A stretch of 64,000 nucleotides of DNA from an uncultured virus (IMG/VR IMGVR_UViG_3300020404_001964) (taxonomy: Duplodnaviria > Heunggongvirae > Uroviricota > Caudoviricetes). Under the pieces are notes generated by a model. That model was not told where the DNA came from, ran no database searches, and saw only the letters and a program-made list of their open reading frames with translations. The translations under genes were made by a program, and so were the position numbers. Positions 10,009 to 18,835 of this stretch are shown piece after piece. Position 1 is the first letter of the stretch; each line of letters opens with the position of its first letter. The stretch is taken from the IMG/VR virus record IMGVR_UViG_3300020404_001964, positions 62,001 to 126,000 of that record; one strand, 5' to 3'.

Positions 10009-10806
10009 TTATTTGTCAAAGTTGTGTAAAACAGTGACTGGTTTACCTGTTGGAACTGCTGTTCCAAATGTAATATATTGTCCTGCTGGGTAAGATAATC
10101 CTGTTACAGAACTTTTTCCATCCATGTTGAATGTGTTTCCACCACCATTGTTTGCTTCTGTGTTCAACAATGTAGTCACGCTCAAATATTGTGGAGTAAC
10201 TGCTGACACTGTGTACGTGCCGTCATTTGTTGCTGAACCTGAAACTACCACAGTTTGTCCAACATGATAACCTTTTGACTGCCAATCAATCAAAGCAGTG
10301 TTGCCACTGATAAAAGCACCAACTCCTGTAGAATTGTAATTTGCGACAGCACTTATAATATTGCTGTTTACATCACATGGATTTTGTGTTAAAGTGTAGT
10401 TTGTGTTTGGAATTTGTAAAACGTTTTCAACCATTACTAAAATATTTTCTGGTGAAGTTGGATAACCTAAACCTGATCCAAATCCATCATTTAATCCTCC
10501 AAAGTTTACTTCTACATCATCACCATTACTTAAATTTTGTACAACAATATTTTGTGCTTCAGATAATCTAAACTGTTTCCAAACAGGTGCACCACCACCT
10601 AATGATTCATAAACTTCTAGTTGTCTTAATGTTGTGTTGAATCTTAATTGTCCTTCTGTTGGTGATCCAGGACGTTGTGCTTGAGTTCCTTTAGGAACTA
10701 AAAAAGCACCTGTAGATTGTGCTTCAATTTCTTCATACTGAGTGTAAATTAAACCTTTACCTCGTAGGAGTCTTCTATTTGTTGATTGACGTTTTAAATA
10801 TCTCAT
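10009..10806 (-). CDS. Virion structural protein (fibre-associated)
   Basis: PKGTQAQRP..P.EGQLRFNT motif shared with neighbouring fibre proteins. Confidence 0.65.
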   Translation of the reverse strand: MRYLKRQSTNRRLLRGKGLIYTQYEEIEAQSTGAFLVPKGTQAQRPGSPTEGQLRFNTTLRQLEVYESLGGGAPVWKQFRLSEAQNIVVQNLSNGDDVEVNFGGLNDGFGSGLGYPTSPENILVMVENVLQIPNTNYTLTQNPCDVNSNIISAVANYNSTGVGAFISGNTALIDWQSKGYHVGQTVVVSGSATNDGTYTVSAVTPQYLSVTTLLNTEANNGGGNTFNMDGKSSVTGLSYPAGQYITFGTAVPTGKPVTVLHNFDK

Positions 10807-11132
10807 TACACCTCCAAGTAACTAACCACAACTGAAATATTGTTATTACCTGATTGAGCAACTCTGATAAAGTCTCCAGCACCCAACACTATTTTTTCTG
10901 TATCTAGTGTAAAAGTTTCTGCTCCAGGAAGTAATGCGTTGTTAACTATCATTGATGCATTTGAACTGTAAGAACCTGTAACAGCGTACAATGTGAAGTT
11001 ACTGTCTTCACTGCCATCTGAGGCTTCTGGTCCAACGTTTGTGATCAATATAGATGTAACAGCATAACTTTTGCCTGCAGGTACTGTAAGAACGTCTACT
11101 GTTCCGTTTACTTCTGAGTTTGTTATTGCCAT
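10806..11132 (-). CDS. Small beta-rich virion protein, paralogue of 2558..2890
   Basis: AAGGAG RBS; similarity to 2558..2890. Confidence 0.65.
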   Translation of the reverse strand: MAITNSEVNGTVDVLTVPAGKSYAVTSILITNVGPEASDGSEDSNFTLYAVTGSYSSNASMIVNNALLPGAETFTLDTEKIVLGAGDFIRVAQSGNNNISVVVSYLEV

Positions 11133-11142
11133 CGTTTCTCCT

Positions 11143-12156
11143 TTAAAAAATTAATCCAAAAAGCAGTGCTCTGTTCTTGCTGATCACTTCTCCTCTTGTA
11201 TCGTTTGTATTTACAAAATATAATCCTGTATCTCCACCAGATGGTGATTTAGCATACAATTTAACGCCATTGGCGTCATATAACGGGTCTACAGCAGGAT
11301 CCTGCACACTTGGTCTATTGTTGATAACGAACGAGTCATTTGCCCTTACTGAACCCGTACCCGGTGCTACCAATTCTAAATCTTGATTTGAATTTAATCC
11401 ACTGATTGTGTCACCTTCAATTCTTATGTTAGCAATATCTGTTGTTTGTTGGTATAATTCAAATCTTGTAGGTTCCCATAATCCTAATAATGTTCCATCA
11501 ATAGTAACTTCTATTTTAGATGTGTTACCAGATACACTGTTGTCTGTTATTTTTACTTCTGTGTCATCTTGAACTATTCTAGGAAATGCCGCACCAATTA
11601 CAACAGCATTAATTTCATCATCAACATATTTTTTATTTGGAATATCGTTGTCATCGTTCATTCTGCTGATGTAGTTTGCTGGAGCAATACTGCCACCTAA
11701 TCTCAAAGTGCCTGTTCCACCTGGTTCAAAATAAATTGCGTTTGTGTTGTTTATGTTGGCAACTCTTAATGCTAAAATGTCATTTCCATCTGTTGATGAA
11801 ACTTTGAAAGAACCATATCCTGGACCTTGTAGTCCTGGTCCTTGTGAAACTGTTTGTGTGCTTGGATTGTTCCATGCTATTGATTCGTCATAAATTATTT
11901 GTACGTTTGCGTATGTACCTCTATCGATACTTACACCTGCTGTGCCTTCACCAACACCTGCACCTGCTTCATTCTTGTTTAAAAGAATATTGTTATCTTC
12001 GATTTCTAAGTTTGTTGTGTTGACAGTGGTTGTGTTTCCTTCAACTCTTAAATCACCTGTGATATGAGTTAAAGCAGAATCTAATGTAATTTCATTACTG
12101 GTATCTGCTACCTTAATTTTGTAATCACCTGTTTCTATATAAACTGTTTTTGCCAT
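11143..12156 (-). CDS. Tail-fibre-like structural protein
   Basis: GDLRVEGNTTTVNTTNLEIEDNNILLN shaft motif (also in 56472..58679); PNKKYVD motif. Confidence 0.7.
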   Translation of the reverse strand: MAKTVYIETGDYKIKVADTSNEITLDSALTHITGDLRVEGNTTTVNTTNLEIEDNNILLNKNEAGAGVGEGTAGVSIDRGTYANVQIIYDESIAWNNPSTQTVSQGPGLQGPGYGSFKVSSTDGNDILALRVANINNTNAIYFEPGGTGTLRLGGSIAPANYISRMNDDNDIPNKKYVDDEINAVVIGAAFPRIVQDDTEVKITDNSVSGNTSKIEVTIDGTLLGLWEPTRFELYQQTTDIANIRIEGDTISGLNSNQDLELVAPGTGSVRANDSFVINNRPSVQDPAVDPLYDANGVKLYAKSPSGGDTGLYFVNTNDTRGEVISKNRALLFGLIF

Positions 12157-12168
12157 AGTTTTTTATAA

Positions 12169-12194
12169 TTTAGGGAGTGTTGCCACTCCCTAAA
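12169..12194. other. Perfect 11-bp intergenic hairpin (GCAA tetraloop on - strand)
   Basis: TTTAGGGAGTG-ttgc-CACTCCCTAAA; no U-tract downstream on the coding strand, so possibly an mRNA stabiliser or weak terminator. Confidence 0.6.
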
Positions 12195-12206
12195 CTGTAT
12201 TTTATA

Positions 12207-12665
12207 TTATGCGTCATCTGTGAAGTCGTCGTCGTCTGAGTTAGCAACGTCGTCATCACCCGCTTCTTCAACTTTTACTTTACCAGCACTAGCCGCCGCA
12301 AAATCCCATGCGAGTTTTTGTCCGTCTAATGCGTTTGATCCAGTATTGCTTGGTTTAGCAACTGTCAAAGTACGTCCTGAAATTTTGCTTACGCCGTAAG
12401 TTTCATTGTCAGAACCTTGTACTGATATTGTCATTTCGCCTGAAGTTAATGCCGCAGGTAATTTTCCAGATACCAATGTACAAGTGATTTCAGTGTCAGT
12501 GGCACCAGTTTCAGCAACTACGAATTTTTTAGATCCTTTTTGCCTTACGATAGTACCTTCAACAACTGATGAACCATTGTGAAAGTTGACTTTAATTTCA
12601 CTTGCCGCCGCAGTTGCACCGCCAGCCGCTGTTGTGAACAGTCTTTTGTTAAGTGGTCTTCCCAT
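12207..12665 (-). CDS. Late, probably virion, protein (MGRPLNKR N-terminus)
   Basis: Strong AGGAG RBS, TAAATA promoter at 12772-12777, acidic C-terminal tail. Confidence 0.7.
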   Translation of the reverse strand: MGRPLNKRLFTTAAGGATAAASEIKVNFHNGSSVVEGTIVRQKGSKKFVVAETGATDTEITCTLVSGKLPAALTSGEMTISVQGSDNETYGVSKISGRTLTVAKPSNTGSNALDGQKLAWDFAAASAGKVKVEEAGDDDVANSDDDDFTDDA

Positions 12666-12770
12666 TTGTTTTCTCCTATTTTAGAAGTCCAATCCGGGTT
12701 CTATCCGGTACGCAGTGGGTTATTACTGCATAAGACTTTGACATTATGCCAAAGTTCGTTTGAACTAAAG
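12666..12770 (-). promoter_or_regulatory. Structured 5' leader (three-way junction plus competing hairpins)
   Basis: Hand-found helices with G-U pairs on the - strand between late promoter and RBS (see findings). Confidence 0.6.
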
Positions 12771-12774
12771 GTAT

Positions 12775-13047
12775 TTATCGTTTGCTGAGTGATGCCAATA
12801 GTTCTACTTTTGAGAATTTTTTTGCTAGATTTATTGCTTCTAACAGCACTTTATTGGCTTCTTCTAGGTATCTGTCTTTTTTGGTTCTACGGTAATCAAC
12901 TAAAATATTAGTGTATTCATCATACATTTTATTCATGGAGTTTTCCAGTTTCTTTATGTCATTGATGAATATACCATGATTTTTCTTCCATATTTGAAGT
13001 CTATCCATGTATTCTTTAAATTCTATCAGTATCTTTTCGTGTTCCAT
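12775..13047 (-). CDS. Hypothetical helical protein
   Basis: 90-aa ORF coupled (TAATG) to the hemB-like gene. Confidence 0.6.
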   Translation of the reverse strand: MEHEKILIEFKEYMDRLQIWKKNHGIFINDIKKLENSMNKMYDEYTNILVDYRRTKKDRYLEEANKVLLEAINLAKKFSKVELLASLSKR

Positions 13048-13847
13048 TAAATTTTCCCAATTATATCTCTTGCTCCGTATGTGACTAAAAATTTAGCACC
13101 TGCTTTGCGATACACTTTAGCAATTTCTATTTGATGCTCTACAGTGGGCAATCCTAGATATTCATCACTCACTTGATACAATCCTACTGGATTATATGTA
13201 CTGATGGATATCATGCCTAAATCATTCAAACTGTGCTGTGCTGGTTTAAGTAGGAGATAATCTGCTTTTTGACTTCTAAATTTATTTGCTGTGGCAATCA
13301 TTCCTGAATCACCATTGATAGGCAACTGATATGTTCTTTCAGTTGTTGGTGTGCTGTCTGCTAAATTTCTAAATGAACTGTAAAACACACTTCTATATTT
13401 TACATACGCCATTACTTCACAGTCGGTTTCTGCTTTTAAATTCTGCACTGTGTTGTCTCCCATGTCTGATGGAGCCAATATGTCTGCACCTGCTGATTCT
13501 AATTTCTTACCCAAGTTGATTAACAGTGCTTCACTGGTGTCTGGTTTGTCCATCACTCTACAATGACCATCTGGCAAAGTAGAACACAAACAAACATCTA
13601 CAATCAATTGTATTTTTGGAAATTGTTTTTTAATTTTGGCTACCATCTCTGCTTGGTAGTTCCAATCAGGAGTCCATGTTTTTTCTTCTGGTTTAATAAA
13701 CAGTAAGAAACTGTCTACACCTTTGTCTATGTCTTTTTGAATTACATCAAAGATAAAAGTTTGTGACCAACTACTATTGGCTACGCCTAATTCAGCCGTT
13801 TCTGTTCTACCTGATTGGTTCAAAAACAATGGCTGAATTAGGTCCAT
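13047..13847 (-). CDS. hemB: Delta-aminolevulinic acid dehydratase (porphobilinogen synthase), shortened
   Basis: DVCLCSTLPDGHC Zn triad, GADILAPSDM, VMAYVKY.S.FYSSFR (first Lys), LLLKPA (Schiff-base Lys), YQVSDEY, AGA..LVTY. Confidence 0.9.
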   Translation of the reverse strand: MDLIQPLFLNQSGRTETAELGVANSSWSQTFIFDVIQKDIDKGVDSFLLFIKPEEKTWTPDWNYQAEMVAKIKKQFPKIQLIVDVCLCSTLPDGHCRVMDKPDTSEALLINLGKKLESAGADILAPSDMGDNTVQNLKAETDCEVMAYVKYRSVFYSSFRNLADSTPTTERTYQLPINGDSGMIATANKFRSQKADYLLLKPAQHSLNDLGMISISTYNPVGLYQVSDEYLGLPTVEHQIEIAKVYRKAGAKFLVTYGARDIIGKI

Positions 13848-13852
13848 GAAGT

Positions 13853-14059
13853 TTATTTGCCTTTTGCGTTAGGTAGTGCTTCACACTGTTCTGCTGATGC
13901 AGGTAAGCCTGTGTTCTTATCATATAACCAAACGTAAGAGTAACTGACACTTTCGTCTTTTACCATACATTTTTTTCCAAAAGAAACTTTTGGATTTTTT
14001 GGAATTGAACAAGCAGATACTATGAACAACGTTGCTAATATTAATGCTATTTTTTTCAT
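13853..14059 (-). CDS. Small lipoprotein
   Basis: MKKIALILATLFIVSA-C signal peptide and lipobox; AAGGA RBS. Confidence 0.75.
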   Translation of the reverse strand: MKKIALILATLFIVSACSIPKNPKVSFGKKCMVKDESVSYSYVWLYDKNTGLPASAEQCEALPNAKGK

Positions 14060-14087
14060 TTGTTTCCTTGTTAGAGTTTTCGTAATA

Positions 14088-14116
14088 ATTATAACAGATT
14101 TTGGTTAATCTGTCAA
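14088..14116 (-). promoter_or_regulatory. Perfect sigma70 promoter TTGACA-N17-TATAAT with internal inverted repeat
   Basis: On - strand: TTGACA gattaaccaaaatctgt TATAAT. Confidence 0.85.
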
Positions 14117-14135
14117 GTCTGATAAAAAAGTCAAT

Positions 14136-14159
14136 AAAAAAGGGGGCCGAAGCCCCCTT
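14136..14159 (-). terminator. Rho-independent terminator after the major capsid gene
   Basis: AAGGGGGC-TTCG-GCCCCCTT followed by a T-run on the - strand (C-UUCG-G loop). Confidence 0.9.
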
Positions 14160-14182
14160 CAATATATCGTTCAAGTTACGGA

Positions 14183-15361
14183 TTAACTGAAAGATGTGTT
14201 AGACACACCAATAGTCTCAACGTAATCTGCCGCGTTACCTAGTGATGAAGCAGTATTGTTTAACTCAACATAACCATATCTAGTCATGAAAGAAACAACT
14301 GGTTCAAACGTACCTGGATCAAGTACAACACCAGAAGACATTAACGGAATGTATGGGCAATAGAATGCCGCCGCATCTGCTTCTGATGAACCTTTGTAAC
14401 CTACTAATACGTCTGTATCATCAGCCGCATATGTATCTACGTAGATTTTCATCGCACTGTTTAAAGTTCCAACCATTTTTTGGTTAGTTGGTGCTTCAAA
14501 CGTTCCTTCAGTTGTTCTTGCGAACGCTGAAGTTGTTGCTGACTGAAGTACTGTTAATGCTAATGGTGAAACCACTGCAAAATTACCAGCACCACGTCTT
14601 GTGTTTTGTGCGATTTTGTTCGCCGCTCTGTTTATAACAACAGCCAAAGCCGCGTGTTCATCACCTACGAATGTTGCCGTACCTGATACTGCCGCTTGGT
14701 TGTATGTTCCAGATGATTGAGCACCTGCTAAAGTTCTTAATGAAGTGATGATCTCTTGGTCGATTTCAGCAGTAATTTCTTGTGCTAATGCCGCCATGAT
14801 TTCAGCCTCTACATCAATACCTTGTTGTGCTTGAGCATCTTGAGCAGATTCAAATGTCCATCTTGCTTGTAACTTACGTGATTTTGCTTCAACCGTTTGT
14901 TTCAAGATTTGGATTGACATTGCTCTACCACCAGTACCCTCTTTAGCCGCTGTCGCGTCACCAAGACCACCTGTGCCGTCACCTGAATAGGCTTGACCTA
15001 TTTTGAACGGAGATAGAGCCTCATCGCCTGCTGTTACATCATTTGCTGTACCAGTCGCGTTGTTTGTCTCTGCGTATCTTACTCTTAATGTGTGGATTTG
15101 ACCAACTGGGCCAGTCATTGGTTGAACTCCAACCAATTCGTTAGCGATCACAGTAGGCATAACCCTTCTGATCACCGGTAGGATCACTCTGTTTAAAGTA
15201 GCAACGTTACCAGCCGATGTAGCACCTGCTGTTGCCGCCTCAGCCAAATACGCTTTCGTATTTTCTAAAGTAGCCGCCATAACTGCTTTTTTATTTCCAG
15301 TTAAGCCTTCTAATAACGCACTCTTTGTGTCCTGCCAGCGAGTTTCTGTTAGTTCTGACAT
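14183..15361 (-). CDS. gp23: Major capsid protein (T4 gp23-like)
   Basis: IRRVMPTVIANELVGVQPMTGPVGQIHTLR, VEAKSRKLQARWT, EITAEIDQEI, AFYCPYIPL, TRYG. Start moved to ATG 15361 after AAGGAG. Confidence 0.95.
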   Translation of the reverse strand: MSELTETRWQDTKSALLEGLTGNKKAVMAATLENTKAYLAEAATAGATSAGNVATLNRVILPVIRRVMPTVIANELVGVQPMTGPVGQIHTLRVRYAETNNATGTANDVTAGDEALSPFKIGQAYSGDGTGGLGDATAAKEGTGGRAMSIQILKQTVEAKSRKLQARWTFESAQDAQAQQGIDVEAEIMAALAQEITAEIDQEIITSLRTLAGAQSSGTYNQAAVSGTATFVGDEHAALAVVINRAANKIAQNTRRGAGNFAVVSPLALTVLQSATTSAFARTTEGTFEAPTNQKMVGTLNSAMKIYVDTYAADDTDVLVGYKGSSEADAAAFYCPYIPLMSSGVVLDPGTFEPVVSFMTRYGYVELNNTASSLGNAADYVETIGVSNTSFS

Positions 15362-15377
15362 TGTTTTTTTCTCCTTT

Positions 15378-16466
15378 TTATATACCCGCCAGTCTTCTAA
15401 TGTCAACAATGTTACTGTTGAACTGACTGCCGTTTACAATGTTTGTTTGTTTATCGCCTGTTACTTCTGTGCCTTCATTTATAGCCTGTTTTTTCGCTGG
15501 AGTCCTACCGTTTAGTACGGACGGAATGTACTTTTCGAATTGCTTTCGTAAAGCACCCGTCTGCACACTCTCCAGTAAGTTGTTCATTATTTCTTTTTGT
15601 TCAGTGTTCAATGGAGTTACTAACTCATTGATTACTTTTTCTCTCTCAGCCGCTTCTTTGATTGTAACAATTTCTTTTTCTTTTGCTTCAATCTGCTTTT
15701 TGTTCTCTTCGGCTGTCTTCTTCGCTTCTTCCGCCTGTAGTTTCGCCATGTCCACTACTTTTAGAAGTTTGGCTGTTTCACCTTTTTCGTTCAAGAATGA
15801 TTGTGTGTATTCTTGTGCGTAAGATTCAAACAGTCTGCGACCAAAGTCATTTTTGCGAGCCGCTTCAATGTCATCTTTTAATGAACTAATCTCTTTTTGT
15901 AGAGTTTTGCCCACTACTTCTGACACTTTACTAGCACCTTTTTTCACAAAGTTATTTCTAACTTTTTCAAAATGTGCCTTCGCTTCTCTGATAAGACGTA
16001 CTTTTGTCTCAGCAACGTCTTGTTTGTCTTTTTGAAACTCTGCGATTTCTTTAGATAGAGCATCAACTACGAATTCCTCAAGTTTCTGGAAGTTTTCTGC
16101 CATAACTTTTTGGTCTGCGTGTAATTCAGCAACTTCACCTTTAAGTTGTTCAAAAACAAACGACTTTAATTTGTCTGAGTGTTCACGGATTTGAGTAGCA
16201 TACTTAACTTTTTCTTCTGCTAATTGCTTCTTGTCTTCTGCGAACTCTGCCATTTCTGCTTCTATTCTTTCAGATACCATTTTGTCAACAGCGTCTGTTA
16301 AAGTTGCTTTGTCGTGTTCATACTTCTCAGCAAACTCTGAACGAAGTTCAGCAGTGGCAGAAAGTTTGTTTTCTTCAACCTTCTGGTTCCATGCTTGTTC
16401 GATTTCTGCTCTGATCTCTTCCGAAATTGCGTTGTTTTCAAAAAGTGATTTCAGTGCTTCTAACAT
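15378..16466 (-). CDS. gp22: Prohead core/scaffolding protein (gp22-like)
   Basis: Long E/K-rich coiled coil between protease and capsid genes. Confidence 0.75.
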   Translation of the reverse strand: MLEALKSLFENNAISEEIRAEIEQAWNQKVEENKLSATAELRSEFAEKYEHDKATLTDAVDKMVSERIEAEMAEFAEDKKQLAEEKVKYATQIREHSDKLKSFVFEQLKGEVAELHADQKVMAENFQKLEEFVVDALSKEIAEFQKDKQDVAETKVRLIREAKAHFEKVRNNFVKKGASKVSEVVGKTLQKEISSLKDDIEAARKNDFGRRLFESYAQEYTQSFLNEKGETAKLLKVVDMAKLQAEEAKKTAEENKKQIEAKEKEIVTIKEAAEREKVINELVTPLNTEQKEIMNNLLESVQTGALRKQFEKYIPSVLNGRTPAKKQAINEGTEVTGDKQTNIVNGSQFNSNIVDIRRLAGI

Positions 16467-16476
16467 TTATTTTCTC

Positions 16477-17100
16477 CTATTTAGATTGGAGTTTTCCAAT
16501 TATGTTTATTAGTTGTTCTTTTAAGTATTTTTGTGCCTTTGTGTCCCTTGCTGTATTAAATGCTTTTAAACCACCTTTTGCGTTCATTAGATGTTCGTAG
16601 ATTGGCTCTGGATATGCTCCAGGCGCCGATGGTTGTGCTACGATATCTACTGTGATGATTTCAAAATCTGATACTTCACCGGATCCGTCTTCTTTAACAT
16701 TGCCCGAACCCCTAGATGAAACACCAAGTTTAACTCCGCTTTCCAGCATTGTTTTAACAAGTTGTCCCATCGGGGTTGGTAATACTTTTAATTTTCCGTA
16801 TCCGTTCGGTCCGTCCATCCACATTTCATTTACCATGTGGCTTACACGGTCTAGGTTAATATTAAGGCCTTCAGGATGATCAACTTCGCCGAGAACACTG
16901 TATCCACCAGTGACTTGATCGTTAAGTGTGCTGACAGCCCTTTGGATTTCGTTAACAGGATACACTCTTTGGTTGGCGTTTTTAACACCTCCCTGAATGC
17001 AGATTCCCTTCATGTAAAGGGATTTACCGTTGTGTTCGTCCTTAGTCTCAACGACTATGCCTGCTTGGTCGAAAGTAAGCGTCTCACGTAATGATAACAT
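16477..17100 (-). CDS. gp21: Prohead protease (gp21-like)
   Basis: KNANQRVYP, GEVDHP, LGVSSRGSG, VDIVAQPSAPGA. Confidence 0.92.
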   Translation of the reverse strand: MLSLRETLTFDQAGIVVETKDEHNGKSLYMKGICIQGGVKNANQRVYPVNEIQRAVSTLNDQVTGGYSVLGEVDHPEGLNINLDRVSHMVNEMWMDGPNGYGKLKVLPTPMGQLVKTMLESGVKLGVSSRGSGNVKEDGSGEVSDFEIITVDIVAQPSAPGAYPEPIYEHLMNAKGGLKAFNTARDTKAQKYLKEQLINIIGKLQSK

Positions 17101-17122
17101 CCGTTTTCCTTATACTACCTTA

Positions 17123-18136
17123 TTAACTGCCCATTGTAGACTTTTTAGCAGAACCGTCGTCATCTGCTTTAGTCTGAGCCTTTGGTGCCGCAGATTGCTT
17201 CACTTTAGCGCCTGGTACATTAATGTTACCTGCGTTATCTTCTTTACTCGCTGGTGTTGAAGAACCTTTTTCTTCTCCGCCTTTTGCGATGTTTGAAGAT
17301 GTACCGCCCATATCATTTTTGCCAGCAACTGGTGATTTAGTTGAATCTGAACCATCTGTATGCGTTACGCCTACTTTGTTCACATATTCTCTAATTTCTT
17401 CACTTGCTGTTTTTGGCTCTGCCGTTTCTACTGCTGGTTGTTCACCAAGTTCAGGAGCAACTTCTACAGTTTCTCCCTCTGCTGATTGATCTACAACTGC
17501 TTCTTCTTCTTTGTCGCCGTTGTCTTCAGCGTCGTCGCCATGATCTTCTGCGTCGTCACCGTCTTCCTTGTCATGCATCATTTTTTCAAATTCTGCTTTA
17601 AGGTCATCAATAGCATCTTCTAGGTCAACTACTCTGTCTTCGATTTCTTCTTCACCTTTTTCAGAGTCGTCGCCGTTATCCATATCACCTGCTGGTGCTT
17701 CAATGTCGCCAACCATATCGTCAGTTGCGTCACCGCCTGCTTCAACTGGTGCTACTGCTGTTTGTTCTACATCTAATAAAGATTCATCAGTTGCTTCTTC
17801 ATCTTTTGACTCTTCTTCTTTAGTTTCTTCTTCTTTAGATTCGTCTTTTGATGCTTCTTCTACTGCTTCATCTTCTTTTGACTCTTCTGAAGTTTTTTCT
17901 TCTACTTTTTCGTCTTCTTTTTTGTCTTCTTTAGACGCTTCTGTAGTCTCTTCTTCTTTTGAGTCTTCTTTTGAAGTTTCTTCTACTTCGATATCTTTGA
18001 TATCATCTTCTAAAAGACCTTCATATATTGATCTTGATTTCTCCACAACGATATCATGGAAAATCTCTTCTGCCGCTGTTCTATCGTCAGCGACTAGTTT
18101 TTCAAGCATTTGCTCGAATTTGCTTTTATCTGACAT
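17123..18136 (-). CDS. Highly acidic prohead core/internal scaffold-like protein
   Basis: D/E-rich with repeated EE.SK(E/D) units; head-gene cluster; TAAATA at 18180-18185. Confidence 0.7.
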   Translation of the reverse strand: MSDKSKFEQMLEKLVADDRTAAEEIFHDIVVEKSRSIYEGLLEDDIKDIEVEETSKEDSKEEETTEASKEDKKEDEKVEEKTSEESKEDEAVEEASKDESKEEETKEEESKDEEATDESLLDVEQTAVAPVEAGGDATDDMVGDIEAPAGDMDNGDDSEKGEEEIEDRVVDLEDAIDDLKAEFEKMMHDKEDGDDAEDHGDDAEDNGDKEEEAVVDQSAEGETVEVAPELGEQPAVETAEPKTASEEIREYVNKVGVTHTDGSDSTKSPVAGKNDMGGTSSNIAKGGEEKGSSTPASKEDNAGNINVPGAKVKQSAAPKAQTKADDDGSAKKSTMGS

Positions 18137-18244
18137 TGTTTTTCTCCTATTAACGTTTTATGATAAGACTGTCATGTATTATTTAACCGATAGGTAAAAA
18201 AATAGGTAGATAATGGGCCGATATTGACCCGTTTGACGCCGATT

Positions 18245-18832
18245 TTAAAGATGATAGCGTCTTTTGAACTCTTGTACAGTGATTTCACTGTAATTTGTAA
18301 ACTTCTTAAGGTCTTTAGCCTCAAAAACATCAGTGCCTTCCGGCACTACTCGTATATATCTCTTCAAGGAGTTCTTCTGTAGGATAATGCTGGTTTGTCT
18401 ATTCCAATTGCCATGGTACGTTGCTGTGTCTGAATTCTTTTTGTAGTTGGGTGTGTCACCATATATGTTGTTTAACTTGCCTTCCATGGTGCCTGTGAAG
18501 TCAAATCCCAACAAAAAGAATGTTTGATGCATATGTTTAGATGCTAACCACAGTGCTGTGGGTCCAGATGACCAGCCTAGACTGGGTTCGAAGAAATTTA
18601 AGCCTTTATACTTTTTATATGCTCTATTTGGATTCGTCCAAACAGGCATTTTCAACTGGGCACCTGCCATACATATCTCATTAACCATCTTGGCATCCAC
18701 TGCCACAAGGTAATCTGGTGTGAAAGTTCTATACACCGCATTGCAGGCGTATATTTTTCCATGTTGTTTTAAAGGTTCTAAAGGTATTGGCTTGCGACTG
18801 AGACCATTGCCTAATACAAAAGCAACAGTCAT
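18245..18832 (-). CDS. Rossmann-like protein of the DUF115/MptE-like or sialyltransferase-like group
   Basis: FVLGNGLSR, YACNAVYR..PDYLVAVD, SSGPTAL, LLGFD motifs. Confidence 0.6.
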   Translation of the reverse strand: MTVAFVLGNGLSRKPIPLEPLKQHGKIYACNAVYRTFTPDYLVAVDAKMVNEICMAGAQLKMPVWTNPNRAYKKYKGLNFFEPSLGWSSGPTALWLASKHMHQTFFLLGFDFTGTMEGKLNNIYGDTPNYKKNSDTATYHGNWNRQTSIILQKNSLKRYIRVVPEGTDVFEAKDLKKFTNYSEITVQEFKRRYHL

Positions 18833-18835
18833 TTA

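Noticed and set aside
15362..15409. N-terminal extension of the capsid ORF
   Set aside because: It overlaps the scaffold gene; the AAGGAG RBS supports ATG 15361.
17568..18197. 209-aa + strand Ser-rich ORF
   Set aside because: Antisense shadow of the acidic GAA/GAT-rich gene; no RBS or promoter.
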